A stretch of DNA of 63,208 nt, the filler included, from Lenisia limosa (lineage: Eukaryota > Protista > Breviatea), in assembly GCA_001655205.1 (NCBI GenBank). It is 13 parts of 13 records of this genome, joined end to end, with 100 filler letters (N's around TTAATTAATTAA, not from the genome) between each part and the next. Parts side by side here need not be neighbours in the genome. Positions count along the whole stretch, not along the records: positions 1 to 5,622 come from LPNZ01009727.1; positions 5,723 to 14,980 come from LPNZ01001258.1; 11 more parts are not named here. One strand, written 5' to 3'. How positions within the stretch are numbered: the first letter of the stretch is position 1; each line of letters starts with the position of its first letter. The notes under the pieces were generated by a model. It had not been told where the DNA came from. It saw only the letters and a list, made by a program, of their open reading frames with translations, and did no database searches. Shown here one piece after another: positions 1 to 10,447 of this stretch. A program made the position numbers and the translations under genes.

Positions 1-1062
1 TGATTACAACAAAATAAACAAAGCCCAGGCCAGTCGCTCTGTATCCAATTACTGCAGCGTACAGGGGGGGTTACGCGGTAATGGTTCACAGAATTATAAA
101 TATGGTACTATAATCCAAAATCTCGTTGAAGTGTGGGCAGCCAGCCATGTACCATCTTGTTTTATTTACCATTCCCATACTTCTCATTATTTATAATTCC
201 TTTTCCAATACGCCACATTTAATTTTCCATGTCCACGTGCATGAATTATATATATATTAAAGCAATCACAGGTCCAAAGTAATCAGTTCCTGGTTGTAAG
301 GTTTCCCTCCAGTTAAAAGACTGAATTTCTCGATGAAATCTCCAGCAAATATCGTATTTCACGACCGTTGGTAAGTTATAATGAATAGTGAAGTTATAAT
401 GACGTGTAATCATAGGAAAGTTATAATGACATGCACTCACCGCAGGTCTGATGGCAGGGGCTCCTGGCTGCTGGGAAGGGACTTTTCCAGAGCCTTGTAG
501 TAAGCTTCATCTGGAGTGTTAGTGATGGTGTGGCTGACATTGTGGTGATGAAAAAGTGTTTGGGGGGGGGGGGGNNNNNNNNNNNNNNNNNNNNNNNNNN
601 NNNNNNNNNNNNNNNNNNNNNNNNNNNNNNNNNNNNNNNNNNNNNNNNNNNNNNNNNNNNNNNNNNNNNNNNNNNNNNNNNNNNNNNNNNNNNNNNCCCG
701 ACATAGAAAACATAGATAATCATGTCATTCTGTATGCAGTACAATGTATAATGTAAAGGATACAGGATATCATCTTTGTGGCATTCCAGTATAATGTCTG
801 GTACTTCAAACATACAGTTGAAAATCTTCTCAAAGTCGATAACTTTTTTGCTTTTGCTAAAATGTAAGAAACCAGGCACTACGGGTATCTTGTTGTAATG
901 ACGCCGAACAAGCTTATTCAGCATCATCACAATAAGATACTGAAATAGCTCACGTTATGGACTTGAAAGCCATTGCCAGCATTTGAGCGTGTTCCGATTC
1001 GATCGATGACCACAGTCTGAAGGAATCAGTATGAATATACATACTGAACCCCTCACACCGTA

Positions 1063-1155
1063 GAGCTTCACTTCGGTTCGCAAAAGACCGGAAAAATATC
1101 GGTTGTTTTCGAAGATTTATCCAATTCAGTCTTTTTTCGAACCAACATGAAGTCC
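1063..1155. mobile_element. MITE family A copy (about 95 bp, TIR GGGCTTCACTTCGGTTCGAAAA)
   Basis: Starts gagcttcacttcggttcgcaaaagac and ends tcttttttcgaaccaacatgaagtcc, a degenerate inverted pair matching the other copies. Confidence 0.8.
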
Positions 1156-1497
1156 TGTCCCCCCTTTTCCATCAACTAATCCATCTAATATTTCAAGATT
1201 ATAAAAGTGCTCTCTTGTTTCCTAAGCTCTGTTTGGGTGAGACTATCTATACACATTCACCCACTGCTTCAAATATCTTCATATCCCCCACCCTCCCACT
1301 CCAAAAGTTAGAAATGGTGTTTGTTTTNNNNNNNNNNNNNNNNNNNNNNNNNNNNNNNNNNNNNNNNNNNNNNNNNNNNNNNNNNNNNNNNNNNNNNNNN
1401 NNNNNNNNNNNNNTGAGTGCAGAAAGCTACAAGAGTCATATGAACACTCAATACACCCAACCTTGTAATCCCGATATCCCTTGATTTGGCTGTAATA

Positions 1498-1574
1498 CAG
1501 TGACCAGGATAGTCTTAACCAATTTTCCTATGGAAATCACAGAGTAAATCGGTCAAGACTTATTCTGGTCACTG
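1498..1574. mobile_element. MITE family B copy (TIR CAGTGACCAGGATA, Tc1/mariner-like)
   Basis: ta|cagtgaccaggatag...tattctggtcactg. A homologous copy is at 25217-25294, with partial copies near 25417-25480 and 28408-28455. Confidence 0.75.
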
Positions 1575-2061
1575 CCTGTCCATGTATCCCGACCATGTAA
1601 ATCTATACCTCCTGCCACCCACAAAAATCGCCGCTCACCATAATTGCGTTCTTGTTTTGGCTCAAACACGTATTGTAGACAGTAAGGGAGATGTTCGTCA
1701 GAGCACGGTCATCAAACTCCATTTCTGAAGTNNNNNNNNNNNNNNNNNNNNNNNNNNNNNNNNNNNNNNNNNNNNNNNNNNNNNNNNNNNNNNNNNNNNN
1801 NNNNNNNNNNNNNNNNNNNNNNNNNNNNNNNNNNNNNNNNNNNNNNNNNNNNNACTGAATTACAGATACAACCTCGATAGATATCGATATTTTTGCAGTC
1901 TTTGAGAACCAAATATGAAGCTCAAAAATCCATATAGTATTAAGCTCATACTATCTTTATGTACTATCTGGTCACTGTGCATTTATTTGTTTCCCTCGGT
2001 TTCTTATGAATACTATATACTATATGATAATATTTATCTTGTTCAAAACAGCCCAACCTAC

Positions 2062-4355
2062 CCTTGGTGACTTTCTGAGCAGCAATCAATGCTAGACCCG
2101 CTGCCAGTACTGGGAACCTGGGACTCAACTATAAAGTCAGAAATGCAGTATATCTATATATAATAGCATATACAGTTACACGACTCTGTGCAATTGATTG
2201 AAAAACTAATAGCAAAATTTGAAGAAAGACACACTATTACATGAACTAAGTTTGGACACTTTCATTTCAATTTCTGTTAATTATATCAAAAAATAAAAAT
2301 ACACAGGGTCTTAATATTATCACTCAATTTACATTAACCAGATTAAAGCAATCCTCATTTTATCATATAAATCGTAAAAATCTATATATGATACATACAT
2401 GTATATTGCATATCTAGTACATATGATATGATATATACACAAAAACTGCTTACCTCTTCGAACACTTATGTATAGCGTAAAGAAGGGATGAGGCAATGTA
2501 TTTCCTCAAAAAAATAATAGCCCAAAGCCCCACTTTTCTCACTCCCATAACAAACATTCTTTGACAACTGGAATGCATCGAGGGGGGCGAACAGTGACCC
2601 TGACATAAGAATGGCGAGACTCAAAACGTCTTTTTGTTCCTGGGGAATGGTTATAGAAAGACAAGAGGTAAGTGTGGCAAAAATATGGTTCCTTATCAAA
2701 AAACAATCAGAGTACCAGATTTTGCTCCTTTAGGGCATGGTGATAGTGAAATAAAATAGAAAAGTAAAGCATAGACTGGAACAGGGATTTCAACTATTTT
2801 AATGGGAATACATGATAATCCGAAGAGATTTACGGAATTCACAAATACTGCATGGGAATTCCCCGAAGTTGATGCGCCGTAGTAACAAAGAACAACAACA
2901 TATGATATCAAAATAAATAAACATGTCATGCTACCGAGTTTTTCATATTTGACGATCCTTATAATTATACTTCTGCCCTCTCGTTAAGGAAAATGGTTAT
3001 TACATACACCACTCAGTACCGACCTTGTCATTGGAGTAGCGAGCGAACTGTGAACTGGACATTGCAATATCAAACACCAGCGATGGGGACAGGTTGGGCT
3101 CTATAAGAAAATCAAAATATGTTGCAAAAGTTATAAGAATTTAAAATTTCGACCCTTATAAATTGGGTACCCCCCCCCCCCTACGAGTATAAACAAGAAT
3201 CTGGGTGAACCGTGTAACAGCAGCGCTGACTTCCATTCGATAGTCTCGGAACTAGGGAGTGAACATTGAAACAGGTAACAGTTCCAAAACCAATTCAAGA
3301 TAACATACTGAGAATAGCTTTGGTAATTTAGATGTAATAAACTAGTGTTTCATTTTCGGTTCCAAAAAAGATTGTGCTAAGGTCTAATTCATATTATAAA
3401 TGGATTTGAGTCTTCAGCCCTCTACAAATTCACGTTTATCAATAGTATAATATCTACTTATACGTCAATGATATGCTTGGGGATTCACTTCGGTTCGAAA
3501 AAAAGACTGTGTTTCTCGATAGCTATCGATATTTTACCGCTCTTTTTTGAACCGAAGTGAAGCCCTAGATATATGCCTCACCCTAATCTGTCACCCCCCC
3601 CCCCACCTGTCCGGAGATTTTGAGACCATAGTTGGAGAAAGTGCCAGAAATGCCGTTCTTAGACTCTTCAAATTGGATGTTGTTGAGAATGGCGCATAAA
3701 TCTTCAAATCCTGGGGGAGGGAGGGGGGCGAGTGAAAATAAAAAATTGATTAAATAAAAAAGCCTAAAAAACAACACAAAAAAACATTATCCAGCCAGTC
3801 AGTTCTATGGGTGGGGTGGGGGGGAACTGGAAAATATTTCGATGAAAAGTAGTGACGGGTGGGAGTAAAAATGGAAAATTAGTCACAAGTGGGGTTCCTG
3901 TGAGTCTTCACCCCACCCCACACCTTTTGTGATGAAGAGATGATGCCGCTGAGAGAAGGGGCTTGTGATTTGAAGAACAAGCTTACTGGCAGCTCTTACC
4001 TCATCTACTGAAGTCTGAACAGTGATGAGAATGAAAATTGATACCTGAACGACAAGTCCTGATACTGTAATTGAGGCTTATTTTTTATCAATCGAGTCAG
4101 TACTTATCGCGGTCACTGTATGTATAAGTCCTGACACGGACATTGAGCCTTATGTTTTATCAATCGTGTCAGGACGTAATTGCGTTCTAAGTATATGACT
4201 CAGAACAGAAAATATATATATTACCTCAAAAGCTGGAGGCTTCGTAGGTAGCAGCTTGTCATGCAAGACTGGCAGCTCAATTCTGAACGTTTGGTGCTCA
4301 GAAATCCATTTAGGTAGGGATGAAGAGCTGGCTCCCATAATGTCAATCATACAGC
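2062..4355 (-). CDS. Multi-exon gene, probable BRO1-domain (BROX-like) protein, partial
   Basis: GT-AG exons 4225-4355, 3607-3710, 3211-3251, 3024-3100, 2543-2639, 2454-2464 and 2062-2128; joins from 3710 downward are phase-consistent. They read ...SETIEWKSALLLHEPNLSPSLVFDIAM...EQKDVLSLAILMSGSLF...ELSPRFPVLAAGLALIAAQKVTK, which by eye resembles BROX/BRO1 helices (EAKEVHRSLKIAAGIF; DLESRLIEAYVIQCQAEAQEVT). The gene is well supported; the family call is weaker. Confidence 0.6.
3480..3565. mobile_element. MITE family A copy (intronic)
   Basis: gggattcacttcggttcgaaaaaaagac...tcttttttgaaccgaagtgaagccc|ta. Confidence 0.85.
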
Positions 4356-4391
4356 CTGGAGTGGGGTGAATTATGTTATTGTATGTATATA

Positions 4392-4510
4392 GCAATGAGA
4401 AATAAAAAATACGTTGTATATCTGGCCGAAGCCGTCAACACCATCACGTTTAGCAGAGATATTGGATTATAGTGAAATACAAATGCACCAATCATTTGCC
4501 TTACAACAAG
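4392..4510 (+). repeat. Dispersed repeat family C (about 120 bp)
   Basis: Core tatctggccgaagccgt...accatcac...agagatattg...caatcatttgccttacaac recurs at 32690-32820, 24038-24130 (reverse), 27450-27560 and 54540-54622 (degenerate). Confidence 0.75.
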
Positions 4511-5622
4511 AGTACTCCAAAATTAACATATGCGAGTTTTTCGAGGATTTAGCGAAAGATTAGGTCTTTTTTCGGACCGAAGTGAATCCCTAAGTATGGA
4601 AGACCATTTAGCCTTAAATGCTGTGGAATATGCAAAATGATAGGACCTGGGAGTTACAAAACAAAAAGACCCAAATCAAATTTGTTAGTCAAATATTTGG
4701 GAAACATGAGCATCATAAATTCGGATTCTTGTGAAGTTGAAATACTCATATTTACATTGGAACCTAATGATATTCTGAAACTCTGAAATCTATGGAATTC
4801 CCAATAGATGATATATCATCATATGCTAGCTTGTTTCGGGATAAGGTTTACATTCACACATTCATGTGATGAAAAGAGATCTTATTATTATGTGTTTTCT
4901 TTGGAAACCCAAGACAGTGTGAGAGCCTAATATAAAAAAAAGAGTTGTAGATGGCAACAGAGATACATGATGATATCTGACGAAGAATACGAAAACAAAG
5001 CTCCAATTGCTCCTAACTCCAATAATAACCCTTAATCTTCCCAAGTGCATCTCAAATAAAGATAGAAGTCCCAGAAGAGCCCTATCTCCCCTGATACCCA
5101 CTGGAACTGAAGACACGGTTCCTCTTCTCGTCTCCCTTATGCTTAAACGATCTTATTCTTTCAGTTGGAAAAAAAAAAGGGGATGCAGTAGCAGGGAATG
5201 AGTGTCCCTCTTCTTCTACTGAGACAGACACTAGACTTCAAGTTTTGCTTGCTTAATGTTATACACTTTACGGCTGTCTTTTTTAAAACCGAATACAAGA
5301 ATAGCTGGTTGTTTGCTGACTTTCAAAATCAAAATTGTTAAATGACATAAAACACAGCCGGGGCCCGCTGGAGGCGGGCGCTCGGTGGGTACGTAGTAGG
5401 AGGAATGGTGCAGTATCCAAACATTTGAACATTTCCCTTTGCAATTCCGTATTTCAGATTATGAGATGTTTCGAATTTGCAGAGATTACAAATTATGGTT
5501 TATGACGTTTATCAATGTTCCAGATTTCCCCTTCAGTGAAATAAACAATGGAAACAGTCTTCATAAACACATAAGAAATTAAAAAATAGAACCTTCAAAC
5601 AAAACGCTAGAACTAAAACCAA

Positions 5623-5722
5623 NNNNNNNNNNNNNNNNNNNNNNNNNNNNNNNNNNNNNNNNNNNNTTAATTAATTAANNNNNNNNNNNNNNNNNNNNNN
5701 NNNNNNNNNNNNNNNNNNNNNN
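5623..5722. other. Artificial scaffold-joining linker N44-TTAATTAATTAA-N44
   Basis: The identical 100-bp spacer has stops in all six frames and recurs at 14981, 20354, 23574, 25721, 28826, 30316, 33000, 46830, 48415, 53659 and 54865. Confidence 0.98.
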
Positions 5723-6103
5723 GTGTAGGAGTATGTATTATGTATGATGCGGGGTATGAGAGGATAAGAGGAGAATAATTGAGTACTGATAGGAAAAAGT
5801 AATGGAAGGAAGTGCGACTGAAAGAATTATGATGGAGGGGCAAGGGAGAATGGTTGGAACGCTGGAGAAAGAAAGATGGGACTGTGTGATTTGGGCCTTA
5901 ATGGGGCAGCATGAAGCAATAAATGTTTGTAAATGAGGAAGGTTATAGGATTGTATTCAAGGAATGTATCGTGGAGGGAGTAAAAATATTTTAACTAGAA
6001 ACAACTCTGTAGCTAAGCGGCCAGTCGCTTCAGCAGCACCGTATCATCTGTCTTTAATGGAAAGCTTGGCATCAGCATAATGATAGCTTGGACACGTGAG
6101 ATA

Positions 6104-6444
6104 TTACACCAAAACATGTTTTTTCATAACACAAAGATGATCAGCAAAAGAGTTCAGTCTCTCCTTAATAACGTCAGCATCGCCTTCGTTGGACTTGACA
6201 ACGTCGATGAACATGGCGTGGATGTAGAACCGTACATAGCCCTCTGAAAAGGTGAATAGCATCATCGTTGACACGTGTCTATCAAAGTGAGAGTCTCTCC
6301 CACACCTTTGATTGTAACCTTAGAGCACTTGCCAAACGAGCGTGCACCACGCAGGAGGCACAGGAGCTCCTTGATTTCGACACCGTCCATGCTATTGTAG
6401 TACTTCTCGATGTATGCAGTGACAGATCTGTCGTTGTTGTGGAT
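6104..6444 (-). CDS. 3' exons of an unknown protein
   Basis: Exon 6306-6444, then a GT-AG intron at 6244-6305, then an exon from 6243, joining in phase: IHNNDRSVTAYIEKYYNSMDGVEIKELLCLLRGARSFGKCSKVTIKEGYVRFYIHAMFIDVVKSNEGDADVIKERLNSFADHL. No family recognised. Confidence 0.5.
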
Positions 6445-6799
6445 CTAAAAAGTCAAGACTGGAAGTAAAAGATTCACAAAAATTTCTCAAAAACAAACTG
6501 CTCTTGAAAAAATAATGTAGTATTATAGATGTTATCTATCTAGTTGAACATAAATTAATCTCTAGTAACGGTCAACGAACAATATATATACGATATAGTA
6601 CTAGGTGACGGTACAATATTGTGTCCACTTTTTCATTCTTTGAATTTTTTGCTTTAAAAACCCTTCGTATGGATAATTGTAGATAAATATTCATGTATTG
6701 ATGTAATAAATTATTTTGGGCTGAGGCCTGCTTCCACGATGTCATTTTTTGACTCCTAAATTGTGATATTAAAGGAAAGTAATTAATGTTGTATATTTA

Positions 6800-8160
6800 C
6801 TCTTGCCTCAACACACTCTTTTTCTTGACTTCTAACGTTGTCAGCTTTTGGGCTTCTAAATATTGTTAGAGAAGAAGAAAGAATAGTGATTCTAAGGAAC
6901 AGTTCTCCCCACTTTTTCGTTCTGCAATTTCCTTCTTTTTCTTTTGCAACAAGACGTCAGCCCAGTGTTTTCAAAGCCGGTGTGTTCAACAGGCAAGAGT
7001 AGAGGGCCGTTCGTGGTGGAGGTTGGAGGGCATGAGCAAATGCACACTCCGAATTTGGCAAGTGCGAAGCAGTCTTGGCAGGGTCAACGATAAGCCTTGG
7101 TTCAGGAAAAGAAGTCACAATGAGGGATGCTCGAGCAAACGCTGACTTAATCTTGTCCTTGGAGGTTGCAATATGCAGGCCCTCTAGGGAAGACTTGATT
7201 GCGCAGCACCTGTTAATCGCAGAAGAACTAATGTCCACAGGTGTTTTTCTTGACAGCAAGTCCTTCAAAATATTGGGGAGGACGCACTTCAAGATTTCAA
7301 AGGTCACAAGATCTAGGGGTTGGTGGCTTGGGAAGAATGGGATGGTAGCATGTAAACGAAGATGTGATGATGCCTGAGGGCTTCCAGCGCAACTGGTATC
7401 GGGAGGTATGACCATCCACGATAAATAGAGCAGGAGCAGTGGAAGGCAGATCAAACCTCGCCCTATCCGCCTCAACTGCAGGTATGAAAGTGTCACAGAC
7501 GTACTCTGTGAATGATTTAACCGTTTACAAGAGTAAAATAAGCTTGTCATTCTAAACAAATAACAAATTACAAGTACCTGCCATCCATTTGGAGCCTCAA
7601 TCAGCTTAGCACCGTGTTCTTCAAGTATGCTGTTCTCTGGAGAGGAGGTCTTTTGACCAACCAAGAAAACAGGAGGGACACAGCTGAGGTTGGTGCTATA
7701 AATGTTATTCATGTTTCTCAAAGGTAGTCCTGTGAAAGAGTAACAAAACCCTTTCACCTGATTGTGGCTGTCAGCGTGATGTGAGTAACTTGGCCGCCTT
7801 GGGTTTTTTTGTAGACGTTCTTCATTTCTTTCAGTGTGACAACTTTTGGAGGCTTATTCTCTGATATGTCAATCATTGTCTCGTCACAATTGTAAATCAT
7901 ACTTTGGATCAAATCATTCGAGGCAAAGAGACCCACCCACCTTGTTAGAGTTCTGGAGCGAGAGTGTTTTAAATGTCTCTTCCTCTCACGCTTTTTTCAA
8001 GCATGACGTTCTTCTTCTGTTGCTTTCCTTTTTTTCCTATGAACCCGGCATTCTTTCAACTAAAGTGAAGATTAGAGACATCAGCATATCACTTTTGGCC
8101 ACTGTTCAAAGGCTTGAATATTCATTCTCCTCCACATAGTGATATAATATCTCATTTTTA
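6800..8160 (-). mobile_element. Decayed pogo/Fot1-type (DDE_1) transposase with two spliceosomal introns
   Basis: Motifs IYNCDET (D about 7883), HITLTATIS-TNLSCVPPVF, APNGWQ-TVKSFTEYV, ALFIVDGHTSR (D 7414) and LPSHSS-QPLDLVTFEILK (D 7311). Introns at 7696-7757 (GT-AG) and 7525-7577 (GT-AA). Two single-base frameshifts lie between the second and third D. Confidence 0.88.
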
Positions 8161-9011
8161 ACTCAAGAAACCGACAAGTCTCAATAGGTCCTCGTACACC
8201 TTCACTTCATTCACCATTTCGACTCAAAAGGACAAAAGAGGAAAACAAATGTGCCAATTGTCTAAGCCACAAGAAAATTGACTGATTGTTGAGACAAAAC
8301 GCCATAATTATTACAATCATCCTGAGAAATTCTAAATTACCATTGAGACTTGTCGGTCAGTTGATATAAGGTATTAACAAATAACGTGGTTGGCTCAAAG
8401 AAAAATGGTTATGAAGAAAAGAAAAGGATGAATAAACATAATAAATGACTAAAAACAGGGGCATGTGCAGAAATTAATGAACANNNNNNNNNNNNNNNNN
8501 NNNNNNNNNNNNNNNNNNNNNNNNNNNNNNNNNNNNNNNNNNNNNNNNNNNNNNNNNNNNNNNNNNNNNNNNNNNNNNNNNNNNNNNNNNNNNCGGTGGC
8601 TTAAAAGACCTTTCACCGAAAGATATACTTGAAAGGCAAAAGGCAAGAGAAAAAGAAAAGATAGACACACAGTTAAACATGAAGTTATAAAACTAGCCGC
8701 TGAAAGTGGATTTCGCCTTTCTGGCACTAACTTATACTCTCAATATTCTATATAAACCCCCCAGTGCCATTTTGGTTCACCATTCTGGTTGGNNNNNNNN
8801 NNNNNNNNNNNNNNNNNNNNNNNNNNNNNNNNNNNNNNNNNNNNNNNNNNNNNNNNNNNNNNNNNNNNNNNNNNNNNNNNNNNNNNNNNNNNNNNNNNNN
8901 NNNNNNNNNNNNNNNNNNNNNNNNNNTTGAGACAGTGTCTACACACAATCCACACAGTGTCCACAGAGGTGTACCAGGAGCCCAGGAGTGTCCAAGTGTT
9001 GTCTCACTTCA

Positions 9012-10447
9012 ATGAAGGTCTCTTATTTTTATGATAGTTTTTGTTGTAATCCTCTTATTTCAGATGATATTGGGAATTTCTACTATGGTCAGGGTCATCC
9101 AATGAAGCCTCATAGAGTTAGAATGACCCATAATATAATGTTGAACTATCGATTATATGAACATTTGGATATTTTTGTTTATTCTTTACTCTAACCAGAA
9201 ACCGCATAGAGCTTCAGAGAATGATATTTCCAGATTTCACAGTGATGACTATGTCAGATTTATGAAATCAATTACCCCAGAGTCAATGCCTGATCACCAG
9301 CTTGGTCTTCAGAGATGTTTTTTCGGTTGTCTCTAACATGTTAATATTGGGGAAGATTGTCCAGTGTTTGATGGCATGTATGAGTTAGCTCAAATATCAG
9401 CTGGAGGATCGGTTGGTACGGTTTTGGCTTTTAATATGGCGGTGCAGTGAAGCTTAATCATGGTGTATCAGAAATAGCTATCAATTGGGCTGGTGGGTTA
9501 CACCATGCAAAGAAGTCGGAAGCTAGTGGATTTTGTTATGTAAATGACATTGTTTTGGCAATTCTTGAGCTTCTAAAGTGAGAGGATTGTCTTTATGAGA
9601 TATAATTCAAGAGTTCTTTATATTGATATCGATATACATCATGGAGATGGAGTAGAAGAGGCGTTTTATACAACAAATAGGTTTCAATTTGTTTGTTTTT
9701 TTTAATTTGAGTGTTGACTCTCTCTTTGCATAAGTTTGGGGACTACTTTCCAGGGACAGGAGATTTGAGGGTTTTTATTTCTACATCATTTTGGATATTG
9801 GTATTTCGAAGGGAAGATGCTATTCTGTTAATATCCCTCTTGATGATGGAATTACTGATGATTATTATCATTACATTTTTAATCCAGTAGGTTTTTTTTT
9901 TTCTCCTCTTGACACATTTATGTACTTGATTATATTATGAAGTGGTTTCGGCCTTCTGCAATTGTTCTTCAATGTGGAGCTGATTCATTAGCTGGGGACA
10001 GACTTGGATGCTTTAATTTGTCCATTGAAGGACACGCTAAATGTCTTGAACTGGTAAAGAGTTATAACCTACCTTTGCTTTTATTAGGAGGAGGGGGTTA
10101 TACTGTGAGGAATGTGGCCAGGTGTTGGGCTTTCGAAACAGCTGTTGCAATTAACAAGACTCTGTCAAGAAGTAGTCTTTTTTTCTTTCTTAATTTTTGA
10201 TTTACCATTTAATGATTATTATGATTACTTCTCGCCTGATTTTCAATTGCATATTTCTCTATCAAATATGCAAAATATGAATTCAAAACAGTCTCTTGAT
10301 AAGATTAAGTCAAAAGTGCTGGAAAATTTGAGGGATCTTGAATTTGCACCATCAGTGTCCCTTCAACCTGTTTTTTTTTGCGATTATTAATAATTGGTTC
10401 CTGTAGATGCCTGGTCTAGTCAAAGCGAAAATGATTCTTGTGATTGA
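9012..10447 (+). CDS. HDAC1: Class I histone deacetylase (HDAC1/RPD3 type) with ten tiny introns
   Basis: The spliced product carries [78 protein letters not shown] and [14 protein letters not shown], with all catalytic and Zn-binding residues present. Introns: 9037-9063, 9177-9198, 9317-9340, 9416-9438, 9578-9599, 9681-9709, 9771-9793, about 9887/9891-9921/9922, 10172-10199 and 10370-10396. The 3' end after 10370 is less certain. Confidence 0.97.

Noticed and set aside
2545-3698. Plus-strand exon chain (FFDNWNASRG...RANCELD...GESARNAVLRLF)
   Set aside because: The minus strand gives stronger splice sites, a longer phase-consistent chain and a BRO1-like product. The plus reading is probably the antisense shadow.
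5667-5678. Recurrent palindrome TTAATTAATTAA (12 copies) as a biological motif
   Set aside because: It is always centred in exactly 44+44 Ns, so it is an artificial six-frame-stop linker. Gene order across it carries no information.
9317-10406. Fully canonical GT-AG alternatives for the HDAC introns
   Set aside because: In-frame AG options exist for some: 9447 deletes GGA, 9355 deletes FNIGED, 9811 deletes DIGISK, a 17-nt intron ending 9711 inserts four residues, and 10406 gives an unrelated tail. Each damages conserved sequence, and none exists for the 10172 intron. They are not formally excluded without cDNA.
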